NCBI GenBank assembly: GCA_002269645.1
Contig: NIVC01000426.1
Location: forward strand, 124,001-188,000
DNA from: Macrostomum lignano
Lineage: Eukaryota
Reading direction: 5' to 3'
Length of the DNA: 64,000 nt
In this document: positions 1 to 11,059 of the stretch, in pieces
How positions within the stretch are numbered: position 1 is the first letter of the stretch
Layout: every line of letters begins with the position of its first letter
The notes under the pieces: model-generated
Database searches by the model: none
What the model was told of the DNA's origin: nothing
The model's input: only the letters and a program-made list of their open reading frames with translations
Program-made: the position numbers and the translations under genes

Positions 1-286
1 AGATGGTCACGTCCGGGAATATGGTGTCGACTCCTTCATTAAGAATGAGCGTGCTAACTGGAGTCAGGCTGAACTGGTGCACAGTCAGGTAGACGTGATA
101 GCATCCGGCCATGCTGGTGAGACAGGTGAGCAGCAACCAGAATGCTCGCCTAACGTAGCTGTCGGCTCTAAATAGGTGCGCAACGCCATGCATGCTGGTG
201 TGCTGAGCGAACCTGTTCAGGTGCATGAACACGCCGCGCAGGGCAGCCCAGCTCGCCACTGGTCGGTTCGATTCCTGACTGTACAT
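1..286 (-). CDS. DEG/ENaC (amiloride-sensitive, ASIC/FaNaC-type) channel, first coding exon; runs off window
   Basis: Hand translation from ATG at 286: MYSQESNRPVASWAALRGVFMHLNRFAQHTSMHGVAHLFRADSYVRRAFWLLL...FPDVTI. It has the pre-TM1 HG motif, the RRxFW TM1 start and an FPAVTIC-like motif. In-frame TAG 8 codons upstream. Not in the ORF track because there is no stop in the window. Confidence 0.9.
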   Translation of the reverse strand, partial: MYSQESNRPVASWAALRGVFMHLNRFAQHTSMHGVAHLFRADSYVRRAFWLLLTCLTSMAGCYHVYLTVHQFSLTPVSTLILNEGVDTIFPDVTI

Positions 287-1156
287 GCGAGAGTAGCTTA
301 ACTCGTCCTAGGGTCGCGCAGAAACTTCGCCTAGATTGTTTTCAGTGCAGTGGAGTTCCGCGCCAATATCCCCGGCCAAGCTTTGGGAGGGGGAGGGGGC
401 GGACCGCACAGCAGTTTCGGGGCTTGCCAAAGAATTCCCTGCCTCCAAAGATTTTGGCAGCCAATAAGAAGTTTGGCAAGAGAAAAAAAGCGCCCTGAAG
501 TTTGATCGGGCCGCGGCGCGTCGATTTAAACCGCTAATTTGCATTTGAATCATTGCCATCCGGCTGGCAAGCAAAATAAAATTCTTCTCTCCCAAAGTAT
601 TGAACATTCGCTGAGCATCACTAACGATAAGTCCTTGCTTTCCTCAAGCACTGTCCAGTTGGAGTAGGGAGCAAACTGTCAGCTAAATCTAGCGAACCTA
701 ATGGCGGCACTTCTTTCTTGAGCCTGTAACGTGTCGGCCTTCACAGTTCCACTTACCGCCGCTAGAAATTGCCAAACTCACTGCAGTAATGCTTACTGCA
801 GTGCTCTGCTGCTGGTCTGCGCTGCTAAAGCACCAGAAAGGGGGTAAACACTCCTATTTTTGCAGCTCGTCTGCTGCTGAGCCGTCGTGAGCAGCCCTCA
901 CCACTCCCCAGCCCAGCTAATCCAGAAGAAGAGCCTCTGATCAGCCCCAAACAGTCCAGCCGTCAAAGTTTGACACCACTATGAAGCAGAGCCGAGCGCC
1001 ATAGCTGCCCAGTGCAATAGTGAAAATCCATTATTGAATTCTCCAATTTAACAGTGAGGGCGCGGGAAAGGTCCGCTCGCCGTATTGTACGCACGATTGA
1101 AGACAAATGGAGTGGATTGTGTCAGTTTGCTGCTTGCTCTACTTAGTAGTACAAAT

Positions 1157-1600
1157 GACATGCGCTCATTTGAATCATTGCTCATAGACAATCGCTCATT
1201 TGATTCATTGCTCATGCAATCGCTCATTTGATTCATTGCTCATGCAATCGCTCATTTGATTCACTGCTCATAGACAATCGCTCATTTGATTCACTGTTCA
1301 TAGACAATCGCTCATTTGATTCATTGCTCATAGACAATCGCTCATTTGATTCACTGTTCATAGACAATCGCTCATTTGATTCATTGCTCATAGACAATCG
1401 CTCATTTGATTCATTGCTCATAGACAATCGCTCATTTGATTCACTGCTCATAGACAATCGCTCATTGGATTCACTGCTCATACAATCGCTCATTAGATTC
1501 ACTGCTCATGCAATCGCTCATTTGATCCATTGCTCATAGACAATCGCTCATTTGATTCATTGCTCATAGACAATCGCTCATTTGATCCATTGCTCATAGA
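1157..1600. repeat. 30-bp tandem minisatellite (TCATTGCTCATAGACAATCGCTCATTTGAT)
   Basis: Direct repeats visible between the divergent ENaC and EF-hand genes. Confidence 0.95.
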
Positions 1601-2138
1601 CTGCTCATAGATCGCGTCACTGCAGGAAAACTGTATAAATCTGTTTCATAAGAGCCCTTCTATTTTTGATTAACTAGCAATTAGCGTCACAAACTATTCA
1701 GAAAGTCACTGCGCTGCAAAAAAATCCATCCACTTTTTGATGGGGAGTGCAGACTCAATTGGAATAATTGATGAAGCTATAGCACTGGGGAGGGGTATAT
1801 ATGTGTATTAAGCTTCCTTCCCTCCAGCATTAAAAATTCTTTCCCAAGCTGTCTATAATCCACACCGCACCTTCACTCCAGCGGCGCAGTCTGCAATACT
1901 TAAAACTGGTACTTGGTCCGCGTGTGTACACTTCCTATACTGTGCATGCACATTCCGGCCTCTACATCTGTAATTGGTTGCTATGGAAACTGCATCGATC
2001 GCCCAGCGCGGATAAAGAAGCACGCGCAAGTGTAAGTTTCATAATTTCATTTGTCTGGAGAGAGTTTAAGAGGTTGCAAGACAGCTCTCTTCCCTTGGGG
2101 GAAAGCGAGACAAGAGTTTATCTACTCTGAAACTGATC

Positions 2139-3855
2139 ATGTCTGAGTCCGTTCTGAGCTCTCAGCAGCTGGCCGAGTGTCGGGAGGCGTTCGCAATGCT
2201 GGACAAAGATGGAGCTGGTCAGCTGCCAGCGGAGAGTCTGGGCCGCCTCATCAGAATGATTGGCCAGAATCCGTCAGATGCAGAGGTTCGAGTGAGTGAA
2301 TTCGAACATTGGAGAGAGAGTGAATTCGGGGACTAGAGAAAGTAGAGAAGGGGAATTTAGGGATTAAAGAGAGGGAATTCTAGGATTAGAGAGAGGGAAT
2401 TCTAGGATTAGATAGAGGGAATTCTAGGATTAGAAAGAGGGAATTCGGGGAGTAGAGAGGGGAAATTGGGGGAGTAGACGGAGGGAATTCGGGTAGTAGA
2501 GGGATGGAATTGGGGGAGTGGAGGGAGGGAACTCGGGGAGTAGAGAGAGGGAATTGGGGAGTAGAGAGAGATAATTCTAGGATTAGAGAGAGGGAATTCG
2601 GGGAGTAGAGAGAGGGAATTCGGGGAGTAGAGAGAGGGAATTCGGGGAGTAGAGAGAGGGAATTCGGGGAGTAGAGAGAGGGAATTCGGGGAGTAGAGAG
2701 AGGGAATTCGGGGAGTAGAGAGAGGGAATTCGGGGAGTAGAGAGAAGGAACTGGGGGAGTGGAGGGAAGGAACTCGGGGAGTAGAGAGAGGGAATTGGGG
2801 AGTAGAGAGAGAGAATTCTAGGATTAGAGAGAGGGAATTCGGGGAGTAGAGAGAGGGAATTCGGGGAGTAGAGAGAGGGAATTCGGGGAGTAGAGAGAGG
2901 GAATTCGGGGAGTAGAGAGAAGGAATTCGGGGAGTAGAGAGAGGGAATTCGGGGAGTAGAGAGAGGGAATTCGGGGAGTAGAGAGAGGGAATTCGGGGAG
3001 TAGAGAGAGGGAATTCGGGGAGTAGAGAGAGGGAATTCGGGAGTAGAGAGAGGGAATTCGGGGAGTAGAGAGAGGGAATTCGGGGAGTAGAGAGAAGGAA
3101 CTGGGGGAGTGGAGGGAAGGAACTCGGGGAGTAGAGAGAGGGAATTGGGGAGTAGAGAGAGAGAATTCTAGGATTAGAGAGAGGGAATTCGGGGAGTAGA
3201 GAGAGGGAATTCGGGGAGTAGAGAGAGGGAATTCGGGGAGTAGAGAGGGGAAATTGGGGGAGTAGACGGAGGGAATTCGGGTAGTAGAGGGATAGAATTC
3301 GGGGAGTAGAGAGAGGGAATTCGGAGAGTAAAGAGAGGGAATTCGGGGAGTAGAGAGAGGGGATTCGGGGAGTAGAGACAGGGAACTCGACGAGTAGAGC
3401 TCCACAAATTCAAAGGAGCTTCTACACATAGGTGTGATACCTGCACCATATCAAGCACCCCTGAATTTCCATAGGAACTGGCCGCAGGCCTGCATGGCAG
3501 CGGCAGTCCCTCTGCGATCACCTGTGACGATTTTTGCGACGCTGTTTCCCGACGTCTGCACTCATCGTCGGCGTCGTCATCGTCGTCCGGGCGCCGTCCC
3601 GCAACGGAACTCGAAGAGGCCTTCAGGGCTTTGGATCGTCGGCTAACTGGCCGGCTGGCGGCTACGCGGCTGCGAGCACTGCTCACCAGCATGGGGGAGC
3701 CGCTGTCGCCAGCCGAGGTGGACGAGCTGCTGCTCATGGCCAAGCCAGCAAGTGCGACAAGCAGCGGTGGAGAAAAAGAAGCAGCAGTAGGACAAGATGA
3801 TAGCGAATTATTTATCGACTATAGAAGTCTGGCTAGGCGACTGCTGGCCAAGTGA
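2139..3855 (+). CDS. Calmodulin/myosin light chain-like EF-hand protein, 2 exons (2139-2291, 3475-3855), ~177 aa
   Basis: Exon 1 has ECREAFAMLDKDGAG...IGQNPSDAEVR|GTGAGT. Exon 2 starts after CATAG and has ELEEAFRALD...LTSMGEPLSPAEVDELL...IDYRSL. The phase-0 junction is consistent. Confidence 0.85.
2335..3385. repeat. Intronic purine-rich ~22-bp minisatellite (GGGAATTCGGGGAGTAGAGAGA) with higher-order blocks
   Basis: Fills the EF-hand gene intron. Confidence 0.95.
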
Positions 3856-3960
3856 CGTCAGGCGCATTTTCGCAATGTACGCGGATGTACTTCTCCATTC
3901 ATTTGAACAAGAGAATGTGCATGCGCAATCTACATGAGAAGCTCGTGTCTTTTGAACAAG

Positions 3961-3966
3961 AATAAA
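3961..3966 (+). terminator. Putative polyadenylation signal of the EF-hand gene
   Basis: Overlapping AATAAA hexamers ~105 nt after the stop codon. Confidence 0.5.
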
Positions 3967-4220
3967 TAAATAAGCTTGAAATAATTGAGTTTGCAGAGGA
4001 ATGGAGCTGCTTTAATTTGAATTTTTTCCTCGAAGTCATACACTACAAGATTTAGGGTAGACTGGCAAATGGCTAACGTTACATGTATATACAGTAGTGT
4101 CAACTCAACAGCAGAATGACCGAAGATGCATGTACATGCATATTAACGCTTACTTTTAATCATCTCAGGTGAAGGCACTCGACTCAGGCAAGTGAGGTAT
4201 GATTTTACATGCTAAACCTG

Positions 4221-5630
4221 GCAGGCGACTCTGTGGACGAGCGCAGGAACAAGCTGCGTGAGTTCTTCGCCGCCATTGTCAACGCGCCGCCACCCCGCTG
4301 CCAGACAGTCTGACGCTGCCGCCGGAGATGCCGCTGCCGGCAGAGAAGAGCTTCAGCCTAGCACCAGTCAGCACAGCCGCCGTTGTGAGGCTCGCCCAAC
4401 AGTCACCGGGCGGGAAAGCGCTGGGTCCGGACGAGGTGCCCATCGAGGCGCTGCGCATCCACTGTGTGGCCAGTGAGGTCGCCAGAGTGATGGATCGCGT
4501 GCTCTTCGGTGAGGAGGCACCCAACGAATGGACCACGGCGCACATCGTCGCAGTTCCTAAGAAGCCGGACACCACGAGGCTTGAAGAGCATCGAGGTATC
4601 TGCCTTCAGTCCTGCGCTGCGAAGTTGTTCAACCGGATGCTGCTATCGCGGTTGCAGCCCGTGCTGGATCCGTACCTGCGTCCTGAGCAGAACGGCTTCC
4701 GGCCCCATCGCGGCACAGTAACGCAGATCCTGGCTCTTCGGCCAGTCATCGAGGAAGCACGGATACGCCAGTCGATCATGATTATTATCTCTCATAGATT
4801 TCAAGAAGGCATTCGACTTGGTCGTCAGGCTCCCAAAGGTGCTCCGTGCGTACAATGTGCCAGAGCAGCTGATTTCCGCCTTCATGGCGATGTACCGTGA
4901 TACGAAAGCTGCTGTTTCAACACCGGACGGCCTATCAGACTTTTTTGAGACATTCTCCTGGGTGCTTCAAGGAGATACGCTTGCGCCGTTCCTGTTCGTT
5001 CTGGTGCTTGACTGGGTGCTGCGGACCGCTCTTCCTACCAACGACGACGGCTTTCTGTTGCGGTGACGCGTGGGTCGACGTCAACCGGAGAGTCGGCTCA
5101 GCGTGCTTGGCTACGCCGACGACCTCGCCCTGCTGTCCTCTGCCGAGGGCGCCCAGCGACAACGGACAAGCTAGTTGCTGTTGCGGCGAGTGTCGGCCTG
5201 GTGGTCAACACGCAGAAGACCGTCGTGCTCTGCGTGCCGGACGACATCGAGGCAAATTTGTGCTGAGGCGCTGATGGACAGGCGACAGAGCTTCCGCGTT
5301 GTCAGCAGTTCGTCTACTTGTACCTCGGCGGTCTGGTTCCCAGCGTCCGCGAGGATTTGCGGCGTCGCCGCGGGCTTGCCTGGGCTGCCTTCCGTTCTGT
5401 GAGGGCAGTCCTGCAGTCTGGGGCCTTACCTGACCGCCAGAGGGCGGCGTTGTTCCAGGTGGTTATCGCGAGACCGTCCTGCTGTACAACGCCGAGACCT
5501 GGACGCTGACGGAGTCGCTCGAGCAACAAGTTGACGCGGCGCACGCTGGCCTGCTGCGCGCTGCCTTCAAGATCGGCTACGAGAGAGTGACCAACGCGGC
5601 TTTTGTATATCCGCGACCTGGCCTGAGGCG
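4221..5630 (+). mobile_element. Truncated, frameshifted non-LTR retrotransposon reverse transcriptase (RTE-like)
   Basis: Motifs across frames: KALGPDEVP, EWTTAHIVAVPKK, RGICLQSCAAKLF, EQNGFRPHRGT, IDFKKAFD, VLQGDTLAPFLF, LGYADD, YLGG. Several frameshifts and in-frame TGA stops. Clade assignment is by motif resemblance only. Confidence 0.9.
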
Positions 5631-7435
5631 CGCCCTGTGACACTATAAATGCGTATTGGTGATTGGTCATTTGATGGAATTTTTTACCAAGAGGACCGCT
5701 AACAGTTGATTACTTTGTATTTACAGTAGCAGTACATGAATAAAAAGTTAAGCCACTGGAGTATTACATGTACATCAAGGACCAATTGCAACAACAGTCG
5801 ATCTATATAGGTACATGTGCATGTGTGCTCCAGTGTCCCTGATATTTACATGTACATTTTTGTCTTCATATAGCAACAGCCAAAGATTTGACGACCTAAT
5901 CCCTTTTCTACATGTAATAAGAAATTCGATGCAGCAAATTGATTGCAAGGGTAACAGCTACATGCAACCATATGCATATGCGGCCCTTAATTTATTGAAG
6001 ATTTTTGTTACTGAAACCGGTTTTTCAATAATTAAATTGAATCATTAGATAAATTTAAGTCATATTGAGCCATGTTTAAATTTCAAACTGAAACTAGGAT
6101 CACTCAAGTAGTACTTAAGTAGTTAAGTACAGCTCCCTCTCTTAAGTACTTGAGTAGAAATGCATGCAGTACTTTAAGTTAACTCCCAGATTTCGTTATT
6201 GTAAATGGGTTAGACGGTATTTATATTTCTTTAATAGGTTTCAGATAGAAAAACAACTAAAATCAGAAAAATAACCAAGTTTTAAGCTTTTTTTATTTTA
6301 GTTAGATATTACCTACTAAATTAGTTACAACTTTAAAAGCGCTTTATTTGTTTTTCAATTTACAACTTTTTATCTAATTTTTATTTCGATTAATCTCTTG
6401 CCTTGTCTTTGTCTAGAATCGCAATCTGCAGATCATTATTCAGTGTTTTAATTTTATTTTATTTCCTTCTTTTTTGTAAAGTAGTGTAAAAAATACTGCT
6501 TTGAAATATTAAGGGCTATATATTTTCTTATTGGACTACTTTCCCCTACTGGTCCAGGGCGCCCAGGCTAAAATTAAATTATTTCGAGTAAAATTTCAAA
6601 ACCAATATATGCAGTATGTACGAGCTACTTACTGTACTTCAAAAGGTACATACTTATACTCACATTCATACATATTTAATTCAGACTAAAATGATGAAAG
6701 TTACAGAATAAATTATAATTCCATGTAAAGATCAATGGTGCACATCATTTCGTCCGCCACCTTTTCGTTTGCTGGCAGATGAAATGACTTGTAAATAATT
6801 AATAAAGTGTAGTTACATATAATGTAAAACTTTTTCATAAAGATTCATTAAGTATAAAACATGTAAATATCATGAGATGTCATTTTTATCGCCTAGCCAG
6901 TTGGGTAAATTTTTTATCATATTATATTATTTCTGAGAAATATGATAGCCCATTATAATATTTAAACATTTATTAAAAAGAGAACTTTAATATTAGGCAG
7001 TCCTTATTTGCACAGTACCATGTAAATATTGCCCATGTTATTAATATTTATATTGTAGTTGAAATAAATCTTATATCTAAAGCTGAGTGGATTGATTGAC
7101 CAGCTGGGTTTAATGCATATCTCCTCCAAGACGGCTGCCAACTCAAATGTGAGACTTATATATATCAATGCAAAATTTTCTTACGCAACAAATACGCAAC
7201 AATTTTGCTGTTGAAAATTAAAAAGTTAAGTCTGTTCAAAAAGCAAAAAACTGTTTTCTTAGGCTAACCTTCTTTGCCCACTTTGCCTGCTCTGAACTGA
7301 AAATTTGCATCAATTTTGAATGATTGTGCCACAACTTTTTCCTATCTTGGCAGTGCATTTCTCTCCAGTTGGGGGATGGGGGCATTCTAAGTGGCTGCAT
7401 TTGTACACTTGGAACCTTGCTAACTAGCAGACAAA

Positions 7436-9250
7436 TGAAATTCAATGCATAAATTTTTGAGCCTCTCACTGTAGCAAGCAGTGAATGTACACTCAATATT
7501 CCAATGCTAGAAATTGGGAAATTTTAAATGCTAATTGTTCCTCGAGTTTTGAACTTAGAGAGGAGAGACTTATATTGCTGGATAGATCTTACAATGTTGA
7601 GTTTGGGGCAGTGTTGGGCACTTCCGTTACCGAGTAACTTGCAAATGGTAACGCAAGTTACTTTTTCGTAAAGCGTTCCTTACGCAAGTTACTTTTTTAT
7701 TTTAGTAACGGAGTAACGGTAAGTTACTCAAATTTCGGAAGTCCGTTACAGTTACTTTGCAACAATCGCAATATTTAAATTTAAAACTGAAATGCTTAGC
7801 TATTACGCCGGTTATCACATGTTTTTGCATTTTTCATTCCTAAATTCAAAATTAAGTGAATAGTATCATATGGTATTGTGCTTAAATTAATGAAGAAAAA
7901 CTTGAAACATGTTTTACTTTGTTATAATTTCGGTAAAATATTTTTGCCTTTCATTTTCAAGTTACTAAAAATTTTGAAGTTTGATTCAAACAAACAACCA
8001 AAGAAATAAATTCATCTGTAGCCTCCACAAGTCCTTCCACTGGCACTGCAGTACACTACACCATTTTATACAGTTCTATTTATTTTACTCTATTGAATTA
8101 TTGATATTAGTTTATTTTATCATTTATAATTTTAATTATTGATTGCCATTGCCCATTGGTCCTTCTACTTGCCTCACATCGTGTCGCCAATTCCTGTCTC
8201 TGTCTGTTAATCGGTTAATCTCAATGCCCAACGGCAAATTTTGGTAACAACAATGTGAAAAAATGTGCAATGTGAAAAAACAGAAAATTTTGTTAATAAC
8301 ATGGGTAACGGAAGTGAGTAACGGATAGTAACTTAAAAGTTATCGGGTTTTTGTCTAAAGTTACTAGGCTAACGTAAGTTACTTTTTAAAAATTGGTAAC
8401 TTAATTTACAGTAACGCAAGTTACTTTTTTTGAGTAACTTGCCCAACACTGGTTTGGGGATATAATTTGTTTGCTTTAAATGTAAAAAGAAGAAAAAGCA
8501 TAACATTCAAAAAACAATTTCTATACTTTTAACTTTCTGCAAATATTATGCTCATTTTTGCAGACATAATAGATAAAGTTAAAGGTTTTAATCTCTAATT
8601 GCTCAATTTGCTTTAGTGGTGATGAGGGGGTGCAGTCGCTATGTATTGGAGAGTTGATTTACATTGCATAATCATTTTAACTGAGACTGCTACTGACTGA
8701 CTGAGAAATGGATTGCGCCATTAATTTGATTTATTATCTCTGCCTTTCAATAGCCAGCCCTGTATATTTGTTGGACATTGAAATTCAATGCATCAACTTA
8801 GGAGTGTCTTTAGCACGCAGTGAACATACACTTGATATTTATATTCTCTTACTATGCTTTTAATTGGAAAGTTTCAAATGCAAACTGTTGCTCAAGTTTT
8901 TAACTTTGAGAAGAGAGACTTATATTGCTAGAAAGATCTTTCAATGCTGAGTTTGGGGATATAAGTTGTTTGTTTTAAATGTGAAAAGGAAAAACACAGC
9001 ATTTGAAAAATGATTTCTATAATTTTAACTTTCTGCAAAGATTGTACTCAGTTTCGTGAGATGTAATAGATAAAGTTGGGGGAGGGTTCAACTTCTTGCT
9101 GCCGCTGTGTATTGGAGGGTTGATTTAGATTGTGCAATCATTTTGTTAACTTTAAGTGAGACTGTAATATTGGCTGACTGAGGAATTGGTTGCGCAATCA
9201 ATTTATTCAATTAATTCAATATTTTTATCAGCATCTTTCAACACGCAGGT
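7436..9250. repeat. Diverged tandem duplication (copy 1 ~7436-8760, interrupted by a MITE; copy 2 ~8780-9250)
   Basis: Colinear matches, e.g. GAGAGACTTATATTGCT at ~7563 and ~8913, and AACTTTCTGCAAA plus TAATAGATAAAGTT in both copies. Confidence 0.85.
7609..8451. mobile_element. Non-autonomous hAT element (MITE), 843 bp
   Basis: TIR CAGTGTTGGGCA...TGCCCAACACTG. 8-bp TSD GTTTGGGG at 7601-7608 and 8452-8459. Subterminal GTAAC/GTTAC motifs. Empty paralogous site at 8951-8958. Confidence 0.92.
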
Positions 9251-9261
9251 CTATGGAGCTC

Positions 9262-9290
9262 TAACCCTAATCTAACCCTAACCCTAACCA
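9262..9290. repeat. Short interstitial (CCCTAA)n telomere-like tract
   Basis: CTAACCCTAATCTAACCCTAACCCTAACC. Confidence 0.7.
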
Positions 9291-10869
9291 ATGAATCCTG
9301 AGAGTTGAGTTCTTTTTGATAGAGAAAATTTCGACTAAGTCCTGTTTCCCGGAGAGCATTTTGATAGTATTCAATTTCACGGAGAGGATTTTTTGTCTTT
9401 GGAGTTGGATGATAAGACTCGGGTCATGGAATTCAGCTGATAGATTTCAGGGAATGGAATTCCAGTGATAGGAGTTTTTCCCCTTTCTCCTCCAGTGGAG
9501 GAGTTGGCCTTGTACATTATATTAGCTCATATTTTAATAATACAAGGTATAAAAGATGCTTCAAAAGAAATGAATAAGAGTTAATGCAACTCATTTGCCT
9601 TCAAAATGATAGATTTGTGGTCAGTCAAATATAACTAGACCAATAGCTATAAGTACTACAGTATATAAAACAGTATTTATTTTAGTTACTATATACATAA
9701 TAATTATTACTATACATAGTAATAGTATCATGCAGATAATAAGTGCTTGAATATTAACTATCCTCTAAACAGTATATTATAAAATATGACTGTTTTTTTA
9801 ATTGGAAGATTTATTATTTTCATTTAGTTTTTATCCATCATTTATTTAATATTAATAGATAATTAGATATATTATTACTTCTAATATTAGTTGTTAGCAT
9901 ACCCATACCCATATGCACACCCTTACGCATACTCTTATCCTAAATTATATACAAATGTTAAAATGCTATTGTAATATGGTTGTATACACTTTGATATATT
10001 AGCATAAAATAGTTATTTTTTCTTTTCAATTTTTTGTTCAAACTTCATTTGCACCTTATCGCGTAATCTTGTAATTAAAGCAATACCTCGTAATTCATAC
10101 TCATTTTTGTACTAATATTTATACTTGTTGTTAGTTGTTAGTCGTCACTTTTTGTCCAAAAATTTTGTAAAAAATTCTGGCGCACTTTCAAATGCTTTAT
10201 CTTTTACAATAATGTCAAATCATGTTTATAAACTTATTTTTCAAATTTTTTTCCAAATACATTGCCCTATAATATATTGGCCAAATAGGCTAATTGCCTG
10301 AGCCAAATTCTTATTACTACTACTACTAACCATAGTCTAGATCATGCTAGGTATGTGCCCAAACAAAAATTGAATGATTATAAATGCATACCATGTCAAA
10401 AAATTTAAATGCATGCCTACACTCTTAAATCTAGTCTAATATTATGATAATAAATTACCTTTTTGTGTTGCAAAAATATAACATTTTTTGCATTGTGTAA
10501 AAGACCTTTTTTGGCTAATAATTTGGTTCATTATTCTTCTTTTTTGTTAATGCTATTTACAAAGGAAATTTTATATATAAAAATTTGTTTAAATGCTTTA
10601 TTACAAGCCTTAAAAACCAAAAAGCATAAAATTTATACTTAAAATAAACTTTTTAATTCTTTCCACTTAATATACTCCATGTAATTCTATAAAGTGTATG
10701 CACACTATTTTCCAGTGGCAGATTTAAGAGGGAGGTGCATAGGGCGGGTACATGTCCCCTATCAAGTTAGAATTTTTGCATTTTTATAAGGAAAACACAC
10801 ATTCTTGTATTTATATACATGTATGTAGAAATATATAACTAACTAACTAAGTAATTCCAGTGCCTCAGC

Positions 10870-11059
10870 CAGTAGTGCAACCAGAAATTTTTCAAGGGGG
10901 GGGGGCGGATTCTGAGGGTAAAGTCCTGGAGGGGGGGCAGCGGAGGGGTGGCTCTGTTTTTGGCGAAAATTCGCTTGGTCCCCCCTTTGATTTTTTTTCG
11001 GTCCCCCGCCTAAGGGGGGCGACCGCCCCCCCCCCCCCCCCCCCCTGGTTGCGCCACTG
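10870..11059. mobile_element. hAT-type MITE, 190 bp, with G/C tracts
   Basis: TIR CAGTAGTGCAACCAG / CTGGTTGCGCCACTG. 8-bp TSD GCCTCAGC at 10862-10869 and 11060-11067. Confidence 0.88.

Noticed and set aside
308-607. 99-aa minus-strand ORF upstream of the ENaC exon
   Set aside because: No motif, separated from the ENaC frame by a stop, and probably UTR or promoter sequence.
4165-4225. Splice-like signals at the 5' edge of the RT fragment suggesting exonisation
   Set aside because: The RT is frameshifted and has stops, and the implied intron is very short; the signals are likely chance.
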